From: a virus | Lineage: Duplodnaviria; Caudoviricetes | IMG/VR virus record: IMGVR_UViG_3300049049_000261 | Span: 1 to 35,033 of that record | Length of the DNA: 35,033 nt | Strand: one strand, 5' to 3' | In this document: positions 34,567 to 35,033 of the stretch, one piece after another | Numbering within the stretch: the first letter of the stretch is position 1 | Layout of the letters: every line of letters starts with the position of its first letter | Notes under the pieces: generated by a model | What the model was told of the DNA's origin: nothing | What the model saw: the letters and a program-made list of their open reading frames with translations, nothing else | Databases searched by the model: none | Made by a program: the position numbers and the translations under genes

Positions 34567-35033
34567 CGGATGAGCGATCGCGCGATCTGGCGAAGATCCA
34601 CCTGGCAGCGAGCCAGGTGGGTCTCATCCGCAAGGGCGACGACGAGTCCTATCGAGTCATGCTGTGGAGCGTCGCCCAGGTGCGCTCGGCGAAGGACCTC
34701 GACACGGCCGGGCGGCAGCGCGTGCTGGAACACCTGGTCAGCCTTGGATTCGTGGACCGCGGTCGGCGCAAGCCGGGCGCAGCCGGTCGCTACCAGCGCG
34801 GCTCCCAGGCTGCGCTCATCCGCTTCCTGTGGACGAGCCTCGCCAAGGCCGGGCTGGTTGAAGAGAACTCTGAACGCGCCCTGCGCCGCTACATCGCTCA
34901 GCACGGAGGCCTCGAAGGCGCGAGCGTCGACGAGCGCGACGCGCGTCACCTCACCAAGGCCGAAGCCAGCAAGATCATCGAGCAGCTGAAGCGCTGGCTC
35001 GACCGCGAAGCCAAGCCGGAGGCCCAGCCATGA
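34554..35033 (+). CDS. gemA: GemA / Mu gp16-like regulatory protein (DUF1018), 159 aa
   Basis: 'LAKIHLAASQVGL...DDESYR.ML......SAKDL........LEHL..LGF' and 'IIEQLKRW'. Confidence 0.9.
   Translation: MPRLTDERSRDLAKIHLAASQVGLIRKGDDESYRVMLWSVAQVRSAKDLDTAGRQRVLEHLVSLGFVDRGRRKPGAAGRYQRGSQAALIRFLWTSLAKAGLVEENSERALRRYIAQHGGLEGASVDERDARHLTKAEASKIIEQLKRWLDREAKPEAQP

Larger units (their letters stand above)
1..35033. mobile_element. Mu-like (B3-type) transposable prophage/phage, internal segment; ends outside the window
   Basis: DDE transposase, MuB/ExeA-like ATPase, Gam, GemA, Ner-like regulators, Mu gp25/26/27/28-like packaging genes and complete head and sipho-tail modules; divergent early (+) and late (-) arms. 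Confidence 0.95.

Noticed and set aside
1-35033. Prophage ends, invertible tail-fibre segment/invertase, diversity-generating retroelement, CRISPR array, tRNA, Mor/C activator, tail sheath
   Set aside because: Looked for but not seen: phage genes run to both window edges, with no recombinase or reverse-transcriptase motifs, regularly spaced repeats or cloverleaf recognised. Manual inspection could miss short or degenerate elements.

Overview
The whole window is the internal part of a GC-rich, Mu-like transposable (pro)phage with a B3/BcepMu-type layout and a non-contractile (sipho-type) tail. No genome end lies inside the window. A short divergent control region at about 24.35-24.42 kb splits it in two. 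The + strand to the right carries the early/transposition genes: two Ner-like HTH proteins, an IclR-like HTH, a DDE transposase, an ExeA/MuB-like ATPase, Gam, DUF2786 and GemA. The - strand to the left carries a Ner-type putative repressor, three accessory genes, the lysis cassette (holin, SLT endolysin, Rz/Rz1), TraR/DksA, terminase, portal, a gpF-like protein, a protease-scaffold-capsid fusion, neck genes, tail tube, frameshifted tail chaperones, tape measure and two tail proteins. Most notable observations: (1) a shared ~15-aa motif resembling amyloid-signalling motifs at the C-terminus of the putative repressor and the N-terminus of a downstream Zn-ribbon/2-TM membrane protein; (2) a switch built from three Ner-family paralogs, with no other repressor visible; (3) a twice-repeated 25-bp palindromic late-promoter box with identically spaced -10 hexamers; (4) a capsid polyprotein studded with repeated [LFY]-x-E-A sites and carrying an internal start; (5) a lambda-type GGGAAAG -1 frameshift. 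All product calls come from motif recognition and gene order; no database searches were run.
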